Part shown: positions 52,821 to 62,431 of the stretch, in pieces
Position numbering within the stretch: the stretch's first letter is position 1
Layout: each line of letters opens with the position of its first letter
Assembly: GCA_016716835.1 (NCBI GenBank)
Contig: JADJUW010000003.1
Coordinates: 48,534-112,533, forward strand
From: Myxococcales bacterium
GTDB lineage: Bacteria; Myxococcota_A; Polyangia; Haliangiales; Haliangiaceae
Direction: 5' to 3'
DNA length: 64,000 nucleotides
Notes under the pieces: model-generated
Told to the model about the DNA's origin: nothing
The model's database searches: none
What the model saw: the letters and a program-made list of their open reading frames with translations, nothing else
Made by a program: the position numbers and the translations under genes

Positions 52821-53926
52821 GGGCGGCTCTCGCTGATAGAGGGTTGCTGTTGCGTCGTGCAATGAAAGCCGCCGCCGCCGATGACTACCGGCTTGCAAGG
52901 CAGCGCGACGACGCGACGGGTCTTGAACATCGCACCGATCGCGGCAACCGCGGCGTCGTCGTGACGCGACTCATAGGTCGGCATCACGACCACGGTGTTG
53001 GCGACGTAGAAGTTCATGTAGCTCGCGGGCAGCAGCGCGCCCGCGGCATCGCGCACGGCGCCGGGCGACGGCACCGTGAGCACCTCGAGCTTGCGCCCGT
53101 GGGTATCGGTTGCCACGCGCAGCGCGGCGATGATCGCGCGCAGGGCGTCGCGGTTCGGATCGTCGTCGGCCGGTTCCATGCACGCCACGACGCCCGGCGC
53201 GACGAAGCGCGCGATGGTGTCGATGTGGCCATCGGTGTGATCGTTTAGCAGGCCGTCGCCGAGCCAGATCACGTTGTCGCCGCCCAGGGCATAGCAAAGG
53301 CGCGCATTGAGGGCCGCCTCGCCGAGCGGCATGCCCAGCCCGCGATGGTTGCGGCCGCCATCCAGCAGGCATTGCCTGGTCGTCATGATGTTTCCGACGC
53401 CATCGACCTCGACCGCGCCGCCTTCGAGCACGAAATCAAATTGCACCGCCTCGTAACCCGACGCCTGCGCGACGGCGGCCGACACCTCGGCATCACCAGG
53501 CATGACGTACTTGCCGCCCCAGCCGTCAAAGCGAAAGCGCGCCGCCAGTTGCTCGATGCCGCCGGCGCCGCGCGCCTGCAAAAAGATGGCACTGGTGTCG
53601 CGCAGCCACACGTCGCCATAGGCCCAATGATGAAAACGCACCCCGAGGGCAGCGTTGCCGAGCAGGGCGCGCGCCGCGTGTTCATCGTCGGCATGGCGCA
53701 CCAGCAGCTCGACGCGCTCGCCGCGCGGCTGCCCGCCTGCATCCATATCGACAATGGCGCGGCACATTTCCATCAGCGCACGCTGCGGCGCAGCGAGGCC
53801 TTCGCCCCATTGCTCGTCGGCGTAGGGCCAGGCCGTCCAGACCGCGTCGTGCCTGGTCCATTCGGCTGGCATGGCAAATCCGCGCATGGCCTCGGTTACC
53901 ATGAAATGAGCCTGAGCTAAATTCAT
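52817..53926 (-). CDS. aguA: Agmatine deiminase
   Basis: 'MPAEWTRHDAVWTAWPY', 'DVWLRDTS', 'HIDTIARFV' and the C-terminal 'GGGGFHCTTQQQP' catalytic Cys motif. The start could be one of several in-frame Met codons (53926-53870). Confidence 0.9.
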   Translation of the reverse strand: MNLAQAHFMVTEAMRGFAMPAEWTRHDAVWTAWPYADEQWGEGLAAPQRALMEMCRAIVDMDAGGQPRGERVELLVRHADDEHAARALLGNAALGVRFHHWAYGDVWLRDTSAIFLQARGAGGIEQLAARFRFDGWGGKYVMPGDAEVSAAVAQASGYEAVQFDFVLEGGAVEVDGVGNIMTTRQCLLDGGRNHRGLGMPLGEAALNARLCYALGGDNVIWLGDGLLNDHTDGHIDTIARFVAPGVVACMEPADDDPNRDALRAIIAALRVATDTHGRKLEVLTVPSPGAVRDAAGALLPASYMNFYVANTVVVMPTYESRHDDAAVAAIGAMFKTRRVVALPCKPVVIGGGGFHCTTQQQPSISESRP

Positions 53927-54036
53927 TTCGTAGGCTTAGGCCCCGCGCGACCTCGGGCCGCACGGCGCCATCTCCTGTCAGCAGAATATTTTGCCTTTGC
54001 CTTGCAAGCAGGCCCTGCTCGGTCAATATCGCGCCC

Positions 54037-56808
54037 ATGAAGAAACCCTTTTTTCGGCGCCATGGGCAGCCTCGTGTCGCAGGCGTTGCCATCTTGCTGG
54101 CGACCGCGGTGGCGGTCGGTTCGTGCGCCCCTAGCAATCCAAAGTTCACGTTTACCTACGCCGAAAAGCGCGGCGTGCTCGAGAGCAACGGCCTGCGCTT
54201 TGTCATCATCCCCGACAAGACCACCGAGTTGGTCGAGGTAGACGTCCGTTATGACGTCGGCTCGCGCAACGACCCCAAGGGCATGGCGGGCCTGGCACAC
54301 CTCGTCGAGCACATGATGTTTCAGACGCGCCCCGATGGCGCAGATTCGCCGCCGCTGTTTCAGTCCATTGCCACGTTGTCGTCGGGCTTTAACGCCTACA
54401 CCAACTGGGACACTACCCACTACATGACCCAGGGCCGCAAGGAGCTGGTCTCGGCCTTGCTCAAAATCGAAGCGCTGCGCCTGTACTGGGGCTGCAAGAC
54501 CACCTCGGTTGAGGAGTTCGAGCGCGAGCGCGAGGTCGTGCGCAACGAAATTCGCCAACGCGGCGGCTCGCCCGAAGGGCTCATCATGCCGCTGACGCTT
54601 GCGGCCATCTATCCCGAGGGCCACCCGTATCGCGAATCAATCGGCGGCAACGACGCGCAGCTTACAAACATCACCATGCCCGCCGTGTGCGAGTTCATGG
54701 AGAAATATTATACTCCGTCCAACGCGACGATCGTCATCGCGGGCAACGTCGATGTTGACGAGACGGTGGGCTTTATCCGCAAGTACTTCGAAAAGATTCC
54801 CGCGCGCAAGCCGGCGCCGCCGATTGCGGTGCCCGTCGTGGCTGCCTCGCCGGGCAAGGTGACTCACAAGCTCGACACCGAGCGCAACCTCGTCGCCTTT
54901 GCGTGGCCTCTGCCCAACGGCACCACCGCCGAGGGCGAGGACGTCATGTTTGGTATCAACAGCGCGTTCTTTGGCGTGGCACGCAAGGCACAAGAGTACG
55001 ACTTTGCATCGGGCGTCTACCCGATGTTCCTTGGCGGCAAGTTGGCGCCTATGTTCGCGATCGTCGTCGAGCTCAAGAGCGCCGGGCGCCTCGGCGAAGC
55101 CACGGAGTTCGCGCGCAAGGCGGCGGCGTCGGCCTATCGCGGCTTCGACGAAGGCTCCTGGCAGCAAATCCAAGACATGAAAGCCCGCGCCAAAGCGGGC
55201 GTCGTGCAAAATCTGGAAGAGCTGGGTAGCCGCACCAACACAGTGGCCGAAATCATCCAGTTCAACAAGCAAATCAACTTCGGCTCGACCGAGGAATATC
55301 TGTTCGATGAGTTCAAGCGCATCGAGCGCTTCGACGGCGGCCGCGTGGCCTCGGCGATCAAGAAATACCTCGACCCCGACAAGATGAAGGTCGTGGTGTT
55401 CGAAGCGACCAAAGAGGGCCTCAAGGGCGACAAGCGCTCGGAGCTAAAGTTCACCACCAAGTCGCACGACAAGCGCGTGGTCACCGACTACGATCCCGCC
55501 GAAGCCAAGCGCCCGATCAAGGTTGCGACCGAGCTCAAGCTCTTGGCCGGCGCCGAGCGCTTTACGCTAAAAAACGGCATGCGCGTGGTGCTGCTGCCAG
55601 TTGAGGCGATGCCGGTGGTGTCGGCGAGCTTGACGTTTGATGTCGGCGACGCGCATGCGGCACCGCTGTTGGCGGATTCGGCCGCGCGCTTCCTGCGCCT
55701 GCCGATGGACGCCGAGGCGATTTATGCGGCCGGCATCGACATCGGTTGCGAATCGGATGGTGATCACACGGTGTGCCGCTCGGGGGGGATCAATATCTAC
55801 CTCGACGTGATCATCAATGGCCTCGAGCGCATCGTCAAGGCGGGGGAGTACAACCAAGAGAGCATCGATCGCGCGCTCAAGAGCCGGCGCGACTCGTTTA
55901 CCCGGGCCTCAACGCAAGAGGAAACCGAAATGCAGCGCCAGCTATTTACGGCCCTCTACGGAGCCGAGCATCCGTACACGGTGAACGGCGTGGTCATGCC
56001 CAAAAATCTCTCGGGAATCGACAAGACCTCGCTGATGAAGTTCAAAGAAAGGCACTACACCGCGGCCAATGCCACGCTCATCGTGACCGGCCGCTTTGAG
56101 CCCAAGCAGGCCAAGCGCATCATTTCCAAGGCGTTTAAGCGCTGGGGCACGGGCGGCAAAGATGCGCCCATCGCGCCGACTATGCGCACGCGCACCGCGC
56201 CCGAGTTCGTCGGCGTGATTGGCAAGGAGTCGCCGCAGCTGACGGTCAACATTGCCTACCCAGCGCCCGCGGGTGTCGATGGCCTTGGCGCGGCGCGCGC
56301 CGTGTTGGCTCGCATGATCAATAATCGCCTCGGCGATATTCGTACCCGCCTTGGTTCAACCTATGGCGTTTACGGCTACAAGGCGACCGCGATTGGGCCG
56401 ACCGCCTACTTTATGGGTGGCACGGTGGATGCGGCGCGCGGTGGCGAATCACTCGCGGCGATGCGGGACGCCGTTGACTCCTTGCGCCGCGGCGAAAATT
56501 TCGACGTTGAATTTGTTCGCGCGCGACGCGAGCTGATCAATGGCCTGCTGTCGGAGTCGACGGTGTCTTCCGTGTTGCTGGGGCGCCTAGGCTTTGTTTC
56601 ACGCTTCAACCTCGGCGTCGGCTACTACAATACTTACCTGCAGCAGGTGGCGGCCATGTCACCCGCGCAGGTCAAGGCATTGATCGTGAGCGATCTCAAG
56701 CGAGAGCACGAAGTCATCGTGCTGCTCGCCGACAAGGCGACGCTTGAGGCAGCGTTTAAGGGCGCTGGCATCACCGATATGAAATTCGTCGAACCGTCGT
56801 ACGAGTAA
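54037..56808 (+). CDS. Large secreted M16-family zinc peptidase (two M16 units in one chain)
   Basis: Signal/lipoprotein-like N-terminus ('AVGSCAPS'), 'GLAHLVEHMMFQ' (HxxEH). 923 aa corresponds to four M16 half-domains. Confidence 0.88.
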   Translation: MKKPFFRRHGQPRVAGVAILLATAVAVGSCAPSNPKFTFTYAEKRGVLESNGLRFVIIPDKTTELVEVDVRYDVGSRNDPKGMAGLAHLVEHMMFQTRPDGADSPPLFQSIATLSSGFNAYTNWDTTHYMTQGRKELVSALLKIEALRLYWGCKTTSVEEFEREREVVRNEIRQRGGSPEGLIMPLTLAAIYPEGHPYRESIGGNDAQLTNITMPAVCEFMEKYYTPSNATIVIAGNVDVDETVGFIRKYFEKIPARKPAPPIAVPVVAASPGKVTHKLDTERNLVAFAWPLPNGTTAEGEDVMFGINSAFFGVARKAQEYDFASGVYPMFLGGKLAPMFAIVVELKSAGRLGEATEFARKAAASAYRGFDEGSWQQIQDMKARAKAGVVQNLEELGSRTNTVAEIIQFNKQINFGSTEEYLFDEFKRIERFDGGRVASAIKKYLDPDKMKVVVFEATKEGLKGDKRSELKFTTKSHDKRVVTDYDPAEAKRPIKVATELKLLAGAERFTLKNGMRVVLLPVEAMPVVSASLTFDVGDAHAAPLLADSAARFLRLPMDAEAIYAAGIDIGCESDGDHTVCRSGGINIYLDVIINGLERIVKAGEYNQESIDRALKSRRDSFTRASTQEETEMQRQLFTALYGAEHPYTVNGVVMPKNLSGIDKTSLMKFKERHYTAANATLIVTGRFEPKQAKRIISKAFKRWGTGGKDAPIAPTMRTRTAPEFVGVIGKESPQLTVNIAYPAPAGVDGLGAARAVLARMINNRLGDIRTRLGSTYGVYGYKATAIGPTAYFMGGTVDAARGGESLAAMRDAVDSLRRGENFDVEFVRARRELINGLLSESTVSSVLLGRLGFVSRFNLGVGYYNTYLQQVAAMSPAQVKALIVSDLKREHEVIVLLADKATLEAAFKGAGITDMKFVEPSYE

Positions 56809-56818
56809 GGTCGCGGTG

Positions 56819-56846
56819 CGCGACACATGCTTCGGGCATGGTCGCG
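56819..56846 (+). terminator. Hairpin immediately after the M16 stop
   Basis: CGCGAC-a-CATGC-ttcgg-GCATG-GTCGCG (11 bp with one bulge) begins 11 nt after TAA 56806-56808. There is no U-tract. Confidence 0.35.
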
Positions 56847-57301
56847 GCACCCGACCACATGCTTCGTCTCATCGCTGTCGTGTGCCGTCCCAAGCAACTC
56901 GCGGCTGGCTGCTGGTTCTGAGCGCGCATCCCGGCGTTGCTCGTCGGTCAGTTGGAACCACCAACCTCCCTCCTCGCGCCCCCGGGCTGCACACTCAGCC
57001 CTTCGCATCCAACCGCGAAACGCTTGGGGCGGCGCACGAGCTATTCGCTCTGCTCACGACGCCTTGCGCTCGGGAGGGACATCGTGCCTTGCGCAAGCAA
57101 CTGCTTTGCCCTCGCGAAACGCTCTGATCCGAACATGTGGCAGGCAACGCTCTGCGATTTGCGATTGAGCATGTTTCGCGAACCGCTCTGGGAGGGGGCG
57201 TTTGTGGTTGCGGTTGGCACAACGGGAAACACTCAGTCCATGCGCCGGCCACGGCCCCATAAAGGCCGGTGGCCCGGCGCGACATGGTGCGAGGGATTGC
57301 G

Positions 57302-59164
57302 CTAATTGTGTGCGGCGTGGTCGACGGTGAATTGTTCGCGCGGGGTTAGCTCGGTGAGCGCTAACGTCGTGGTTTGGCGCAGTTTAGGCGACAGCGTGAA
57401 GCGGAGGTAGCCCTCGCCGCCTGCGGGCAACGCGTAGCGGGCGCAGCCCTTGGTGGGGATTTCGACGCGCTGGGTAAGCGCAAGGCACGTGCGCGAGCTA
57501 CCGGAGGCGTCGCCGATGCGCAGGCATAGCGGGAAGCGCGCAACGACCTGTTTGGTAGACTCGACGATGACGGCGTTGTCGTTGGCGGCGGTGCAGCGCG
57601 TGGAGATGGCGATTTCGGTGAGCCCCGATTTTTCAAAGAGTTCGGTGACCATGGCGACGCGCGCGGCCTCGTCGCCAAACAAAGGGGGCAGCACACGCGC
57701 CATCGCGAGCAAGACATCGTCGCCGTGCACGTTGCGATGCTCATGGGCCAGGAGCACCTCGCGCATGGCGGTCATAAATGCCTCATGGCCCGCAGCGGCG
57801 GCAATTGTTTCAATGATGGCGCCGCCCTTGAGGTACGTGATCGGCGTAAACAGCAGCTCGGGGGTGGCTACGGACGCGGGCCGCACGGGTTGAGCGCCGA
57901 TCAGCTGGTCGATCGCTTCAGGGGCGCGCCGCGCCGCGATTTTGTCGCGCCCTATTTCCCACGCCGGGAATACGGCATCGAGCACGCGATAAGATACGTA
58001 GGTTGCAAACCCCTCATTGAACCACAAATCTCGCCAATCACGTGGGGTTGCCAGATCGCCAAACCACAGATGGGCCACTTCGTGCGCCAAGATGATGCCG
58101 ACGTGTTGCGAGATGGGTTCGCGCGGAGGCATCGCGCCGTCACCTGTGGGCGCGAGCGCCGATACGTCAAACGTTACGAGGCCTGGGTTTTCCATCGCGC
58201 TGCCGTTAAAATCGGGGACGCCGATAAAATCAAGCTTGGGATACGGCAGGGGCATGCCGACGAACTGCTCGGCCGCCCGTATGATCTCGGGCAGCACGGT
58301 GACGGCTGCCGCGACCTTCCCTGCGTGGTCCGCGGGCAATAGAAATCGCGTCGGCCGCGGCGCGTTTGGCACGGGCACCTCGACGAAAGGGCCTACCGCG
58401 ACCGCGAAGAGGTAGCTGGGCAACGGCGCCGTCGGATCAAACGCCACACGATCTCGACCATTCGCCAAGCGCGTGCGCGATCGCTCGGGAGCATTGCCGT
58501 AGGCTGGCATCCCAGGTGGCACGTCGAGCTCGACGGTCCACGGCACCTTGACGTCGGGTCGATCGACAATTGGCATCATGCGCCGCGCGCCCCGCGGCTC
58601 CAGATCGGAAAAAACGAAGGCATCATGGCCAAGGCGCCGCGTGAAAAGTCCATCGTCGGTGCGATAGGCGCCACGATAAGCGAGGCGAAGCACCACCTGC
58701 TGACCGACGAGGTGCGCGGGGAGCGCCGCGGGTTCGCCGGCGGCGTTTGCTTCGGCCACGAGGCGTAGCCGAACCATTGCTTCGCGCGCCGGTGGCCCCG
58801 GTGCGAGCGGGGTGAGCCGCCACGTGGCCTCGCCCGCGTCGAGCTTGCCGCTGACAATTTCAAGTTGGTCGCCGTGCAGCTCAAACGTATCGCCGCCGCC
58901 GGCGATCGTGGCGAGCACTTCGATCTCGCCACCAAAGCTTGTCGCCTGCGGATCGAGGTCCAGGCGCACGTGGTACGCGTCTACACGGAACGAAATTAGC
59001 GAATACGCCGGCGCGGTCGCCTCTATGCGGCGCGCCGAGCCGTGCACGCCGGCGGGCGCGCGCACGCCGCAAGCGATGTTGGCAACGCCAAGCGCGAGCG
59101 CTACGATCGCGAGTGAGGCGTCCCAGCGTGCGGAGGGCGGCCGAGCCGTCGCAGACGTTGCCAT
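57302..59164 (-). CDS. M1-family aminopeptidase (aminopeptidase N-like), secreted
   Basis: 'GSAMENPGLVTF' (GxMEN) and 'HEVAHLWFGD...WFNEGFATY' (HExxH-x18-E). N-terminal signal sequence. Confidence 0.9.
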   Translation of the reverse strand: MATSATARPPSARWDASLAIVALALGVANIACGVRAPAGVHGSARRIEATAPAYSLISFRVDAYHVRLDLDPQATSFGGEIEVLATIAGGGDTFELHGDQLEIVSGKLDAGEATWRLTPLAPGPPAREAMVRLRLVAEANAAGEPAALPAHLVGQQVVLRLAYRGAYRTDDGLFTRRLGHDAFVFSDLEPRGARRMMPIVDRPDVKVPWTVELDVPPGMPAYGNAPERSRTRLANGRDRVAFDPTAPLPSYLFAVAVGPFVEVPVPNAPRPTRFLLPADHAGKVAAAVTVLPEIIRAAEQFVGMPLPYPKLDFIGVPDFNGSAMENPGLVTFDVSALAPTGDGAMPPREPISQHVGIILAHEVAHLWFGDLATPRDWRDLWFNEGFATYVSYRVLDAVFPAWEIGRDKIAARRAPEAIDQLIGAQPVRPASVATPELLFTPITYLKGGAIIETIAAAAGHEAFMTAMREVLLAHEHRNVHGDDVLLAMARVLPPLFGDEAARVAMVTELFEKSGLTEIAISTRCTAANDNAVIVESTKQVVARFPLCLRIGDASGSSRTCLALTQRVEIPTKGCARYALPAGGEGYLRFTLSPKLRQTTTLALTELTPREQFTVDHAAHN

Positions 59165-59499
59165 TACGGCGCAACGCTAGCATGTGGCGCAAACCGGACA
59201 AAGATAGAATCGCCGTCGATCAGGGCCTGCAGCATGGTTAGGCGCAAATGCCGGGTATGCGTGCACATGCCCGTGCGAAGATCAAACTGGTACTTGTGGC
59301 CGCCGCAGGTTAAGTTGGTGCCACGCAAGGGTTGGTCGCCGAGTTCGACGTCGCCATGTGGACAGCGCGCGACGCAGGCGTACCATTGACCGTCGGCACG
59401 CGCGACCAAGACGCGGACCCCGAGCTCCGCGATAAACCGTACGACTTGGTCGTCGCGATCAAACGCGGTCAGGGGCGCGAAATAGGCGGGTTTCATCAT
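59164..59499 (-). CDS. Rieske [2Fe-2S] domain protein (NirD-like small Rieske)
   Basis: 'ARCPHGDVEL' (CxH) and 'LTCGGHKYQFDLRTG' (CxxH). 111 aa. 1-nt overlap with the M1 start. Confidence 0.8.
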   Translation of the reverse strand: MMKPAYFAPLTAFDRDDQVVRFIAELGVRVLVARADGQWYACVARCPHGDVELGDQPLRGTNLTCGGHKYQFDLRTGMCTHTRHLRLTMLQALIDGDSIFVRFAPHASVAP

Positions 59500-59526
59500 G
59501 ATGGCGTAGGTAAGCGCGGCATCGCG

Positions 59527-60399
59527 TCAGGCGCGCCGATCACTTCGTGGGTCTAGCCAGTCGCGCAGACCATCCCCTAGTAAGTTGGCGCCGACGACCA
59601 CCCACGTGATCGCGAGCCCGGGCGCCAAGATGTAGTGCAAAAATCCCTCGCGCCATAAAAAGGTGCGTCCTTGGTCGAGCATGGCGCCCCACGTGTAGTC
59701 AACCTGCGGCCCGAGCCCCAAAAACGACAGCGCGGCCTCGACCAAGATGACGCCACCAAAGCCAAACGTCATCTGCACCAGCACCGGCGCGAGCAGATTC
59801 GGCACGATGTGCCTCCCAATCACGCGCGCCGGCGTGGCGCCGATGGCTTGCGCCGCCGCCACGTAGTCGCGTTCGCGGACACTCAGCGTTTGGCCACGCA
59901 CCACGCGGGCATAGCCGACCCAGCCATTGACGATCAGCACGCCGATGACCATCCAAAGCCCTGGCTTGGCCACCGCGGCCACCAGGGCAATGTTAAGCAA
60001 GATGCCAGGAAACGCCAGCAAGATATCGACGACGCGCATGATGACGTCGTCGACCCACCCGCGAAAATATCCGGCCATCGCGCCCATGGTCACGCCAATT
60101 GCCGCGCAGCAGATCACGACGATGCCACTGATGAGCAAGGCGCTGCGCGCGCCCCACAAGAGCTGCGAAAGCGTGTCGATGCCATTTTTATCAGTGCCGA
60201 GCCAATGCGCCGCGGATGGCGGCAAGAACCTCGCCTCGAGCGCGATCGCCGTCGGCGAGTACGGCGCGATCCATGGGCCCCAGATCCCCGCCAGGACAAA
60301 TGTTAAGAGCATGCCAAGCCCTAGCCAACCGCTGGGGGACAAGCGCGTCGTCAAGGTCGAGCCCGGCGTGGGGAGCGCGATGCTAGCAGGGGCGGTCAT
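59527..60399 (-). CDS. Peptide/nickel-type ABC transporter permease (DppC/OppC family)
   Basis: Six TM segments. EAA-loop region '[23 protein letters not shown]'. N-terminal 'GPWIAPYSP' is typical of DppC/OppC. Confidence 0.9.
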   Translation of the reverse strand: MTAPASIALPTPGSTLTTRLSPSGWLGLGMLLTFVLAGIWGPWIAPYSPTAIALEARFLPPSAAHWLGTDKNGIDTLSQLLWGARSALLISGIVVICCAAIGVTMGAMAGYFRGWVDDVIMRVVDILLAFPGILLNIALVAAVAKPGLWMVIGVLIVNGWVGYARVVRGQTLSVRERDYVAAAQAIGATPARVIGRHIVPNLLAPVLVQMTFGFGGVILVEAALSFLGLGPQVDYTWGAMLDQGRTFLWREGFLHYILAPGLAITWVVVGANLLGDGLRDWLDPRSDRRA

Positions 60400-61331
60400 G
60401 CGCGCCGAATCCTCGGATCGACCAGGCCGTAACTCATGTCGACCAAGATGTTTACCCCGACGTAGATGCAGGCAATCACCAAGACGCAGCCCTGCACCAC
60501 CGGATAGTTGCGTTCATTAATGCCGTCGAGGAGCAAGGTGCCAAGGCCAGGCCGCGCAAAGACTTGCTCGACAATGATCGATCCCGAGAGCAGCGCGCCA
60601 AATTGCAAGCCTGCCACGGTCAGCACCGGCGTGATGGCATTGCGCAGGGCGTGACGTCCAAGCACGGCGCCGCGGCTTAGGCCCTTGGCCTTGGCGGTGC
60701 GAACATAGTCTTCGCCGAGCACCTCGATCATCGACGATCTCGTCATGCGCGACAGCATCGCCATGAGCTGCAGCCCCACCGCGCAGGCTGGCAAGACGAG
60801 CGCTGCCAGCCCGGTTTCGCTGGGGCCCGGCGCCACGCCAAACTCGACAAAAAACCAATACAGCAGCAGCGGCGCCAGCAACATCATCGGCAAGGAGATC
60901 CCAACGAGCGACGTGACCGAGGCCAGCGTATCGATCCACGTGCCGCGCGAAATCGCCGCGATGATGCCAAGTGGCAGCGCGAGCACCAGGGCCACGAGCA
61001 GCCCGGCAAACGCGAGCTCCATCGTGTAGGGCAAGACCTCGGCGATGCGCGCCCCAACCGTCGTATCACCCGGGATGTTGCGGCACTGATTGCCGAGCGA
61101 ACCGTCCGCGACGTGGCCGACAAACCGCGCAAATTGGCGCGGCATGCTGAGTTTCAGGCCCATGCAGTCTTCAATGCGCTTGCGTTGATCGACCGTGGCC
61201 TCGCCCCCGGCCAACTGATCGACCGGATCGCCGGGAACGAGGTGCAAGAACAAAAATACCAGCAGGCTGACCCCGAGCACGGATATCGTCCCCAGCGCCA
61301 ACCGCCGCAACAGAAACGCCCCGAGGGTCAC
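60396..61331 (-). CDS. Peptide/nickel-type ABC transporter permease (DppB/OppB family)
   Basis: '[32 protein letters not shown]' and '[24 protein letters not shown]'. GTG 61331 is chosen because the longer ORF (to 61544) is Arg/Trp-rich and overlaps the anti-sigma gene. Confidence 0.85.
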   Translation of the reverse strand: MTLGAFLLRRLALGTISVLGVSLLVFLFLHLVPGDPVDQLAGGEATVDQRKRIEDCMGLKLSMPRQFARFVGHVADGSLGNQCRNIPGDTTVGARIAEVLPYTMELAFAGLLVALVLALPLGIIAAISRGTWIDTLASVTSLVGISLPMMLLAPLLLYWFFVEFGVAPGPSETGLAALVLPACAVGLQLMAMLSRMTRSSMIEVLGEDYVRTAKAKGLSRGAVLGRHALRNAITPVLTVAGLQFGALLSGSIIVEQVFARPGLGTLLLDGINERNYPVVQGCVLVIACIYVGVNILVDMSYGLVDPRIRRA

Positions 61332-61362
61332 GCCATAAAGGTCGCGAGAATGAGGTTCGATG

Positions 61363-61815
61363 TCAATCTTGCGCGGCCGGTACAATCCGCTCGGCCGGTG
61401 CCACCGCGGGCGCTCGGCGTGGCGGTGCCAGCGTGCCGGTTGGCGAGGCCGACAGCCAATACACGAGGGCTGCGATCGCCAGCATAATGACGAGCGCCAC
61501 GATGAGGCCCGGTCCACCGAAGAACCAACGCGCCAAGGGCCCATCGGCTCGCGCCGAAAAAAATCGGCCGCCGGATCGATCGTGAAGTGATTGCTCGATC
61601 GCGGTACCGATCGTCGTCGGCGCAGATGACTTCAGCGCGCCCAAGGCAGCGGCCGTGGCGCCCAGATCGCGATAGAGGGCGGCGCAAACGCCGCACCCCG
61701 CCAAGTGGGCGTCGACGCGGGCGCGCTCGTGCGGCGGCAAGGTGCCCTCGTCGTAGTCGTCGTAGCGCAGCTCGACGTCCTCGTGCGTTAGGGCCTCGCC
61801 GTTATTTTGGCTCAT
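61363..61815 (-). CDS. Anti-sigma factor (zf-HC2 type, single TM)
   Basis: Trimmed to ATG 61815. 'HLAGCGVC' (H-x3-C-x2-C). TM '[19 protein letters not shown]'. Overlaps the ECF sigma stop by 14 nt. Confidence 0.75.
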   Translation of the reverse strand: MSQNNGEALTHEDVELRYDDYDEGTLPPHERARVDAHLAGCGVCAALYRDLGATAAALGALKSSAPTTIGTAIEQSLHDRSGGRFFSARADGPLARWFFGGPGLIVALVIMLAIAALVYWLSASPTGTLAPPRRAPAVAPAERIVPAAQD

Positions 61816-62419
61816 GATAGTCCTCCAAATATTTGCGCAGGGCCAGCCGCGCCCGATGCAGGCGGGATTTGATCGTGCCATCTACCAGGCCCGTAATCTG
61901 CCGAATCTCTTCGATCGACAGCTCCTCAACGTCGCGCAAGATCACGAGCAGGCGTTGATCGTCGTCGAGCCGGCGCACGGCTTGTTCGAGCCGAACGTCC
62001 ATGCGCGCACGCTCCAAGACTTGGTCCGGCGAGGCCGCGCCGTGCGCCGGCAGCGAGGCATGGGCATCGTCGATTTGATCATGTTGGCGATCATGGCGAC
62101 GCGCCAGGTACTTGACGCGATTCTTGGCATGATTGATCGTCAGGCGGTACAGCCAGGTCGACAACTTGGCCTCGCCGCGAAAGGTGTCGATGCTCTTGAA
62201 CACGGTAATGAATACCTCTTGCGTCAGGTCTTCAGCCTCGGCGGTGTCGCCGAGCATGCGCAGCGCGACGTTGTAGAGCCGGTCGCGATAGCGGGCGATG
62301 AGCGCGCGAAAAGCCTGCTCGTCGCGGCGCAACAGCTGGGCCACGAGCGCCGTATCTGGGTCGTCGCCCGCGGGCGCGTCGGTACGCTCTTGGCTCATGG
62401 CTTGAGGCTTTGCTGACAC
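61802..62419 (-). CDS. ECF-family RNA polymerase sigma factor
   Basis: Region 2 'DLTQEVFITVFKSIDTFRGEAKLSTWLYRLTINHAKN'. Region 4 'LVILRDVEELSIEEIRQITGLVDGTIKSRLHRARLALRKYL'. Confidence 0.9.
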   Translation of the reverse strand: MSAKPQAMSQERTDAPAGDDPDTALVAQLLRRDEQAFRALIARYRDRLYNVALRMLGDTAEAEDLTQEVFITVFKSIDTFRGEAKLSTWLYRLTINHAKNRVKYLARRHDRQHDQIDDAHASLPAHGAASPDQVLERARMDVRLEQAVRRLDDDQRLLVILRDVEELSIEEIRQITGLVDGTIKSRLHRARLALRKYLEDYHEPK

Positions 62420-62431
62420 CCGTGAGGTGCC

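Noticed and set aside
51936-53926. aguA-aguB as something unusual
   Set aside because: This is the standard agmatine-to-putrescine pathway pair with a common ATGA overlap. It is ordinary.
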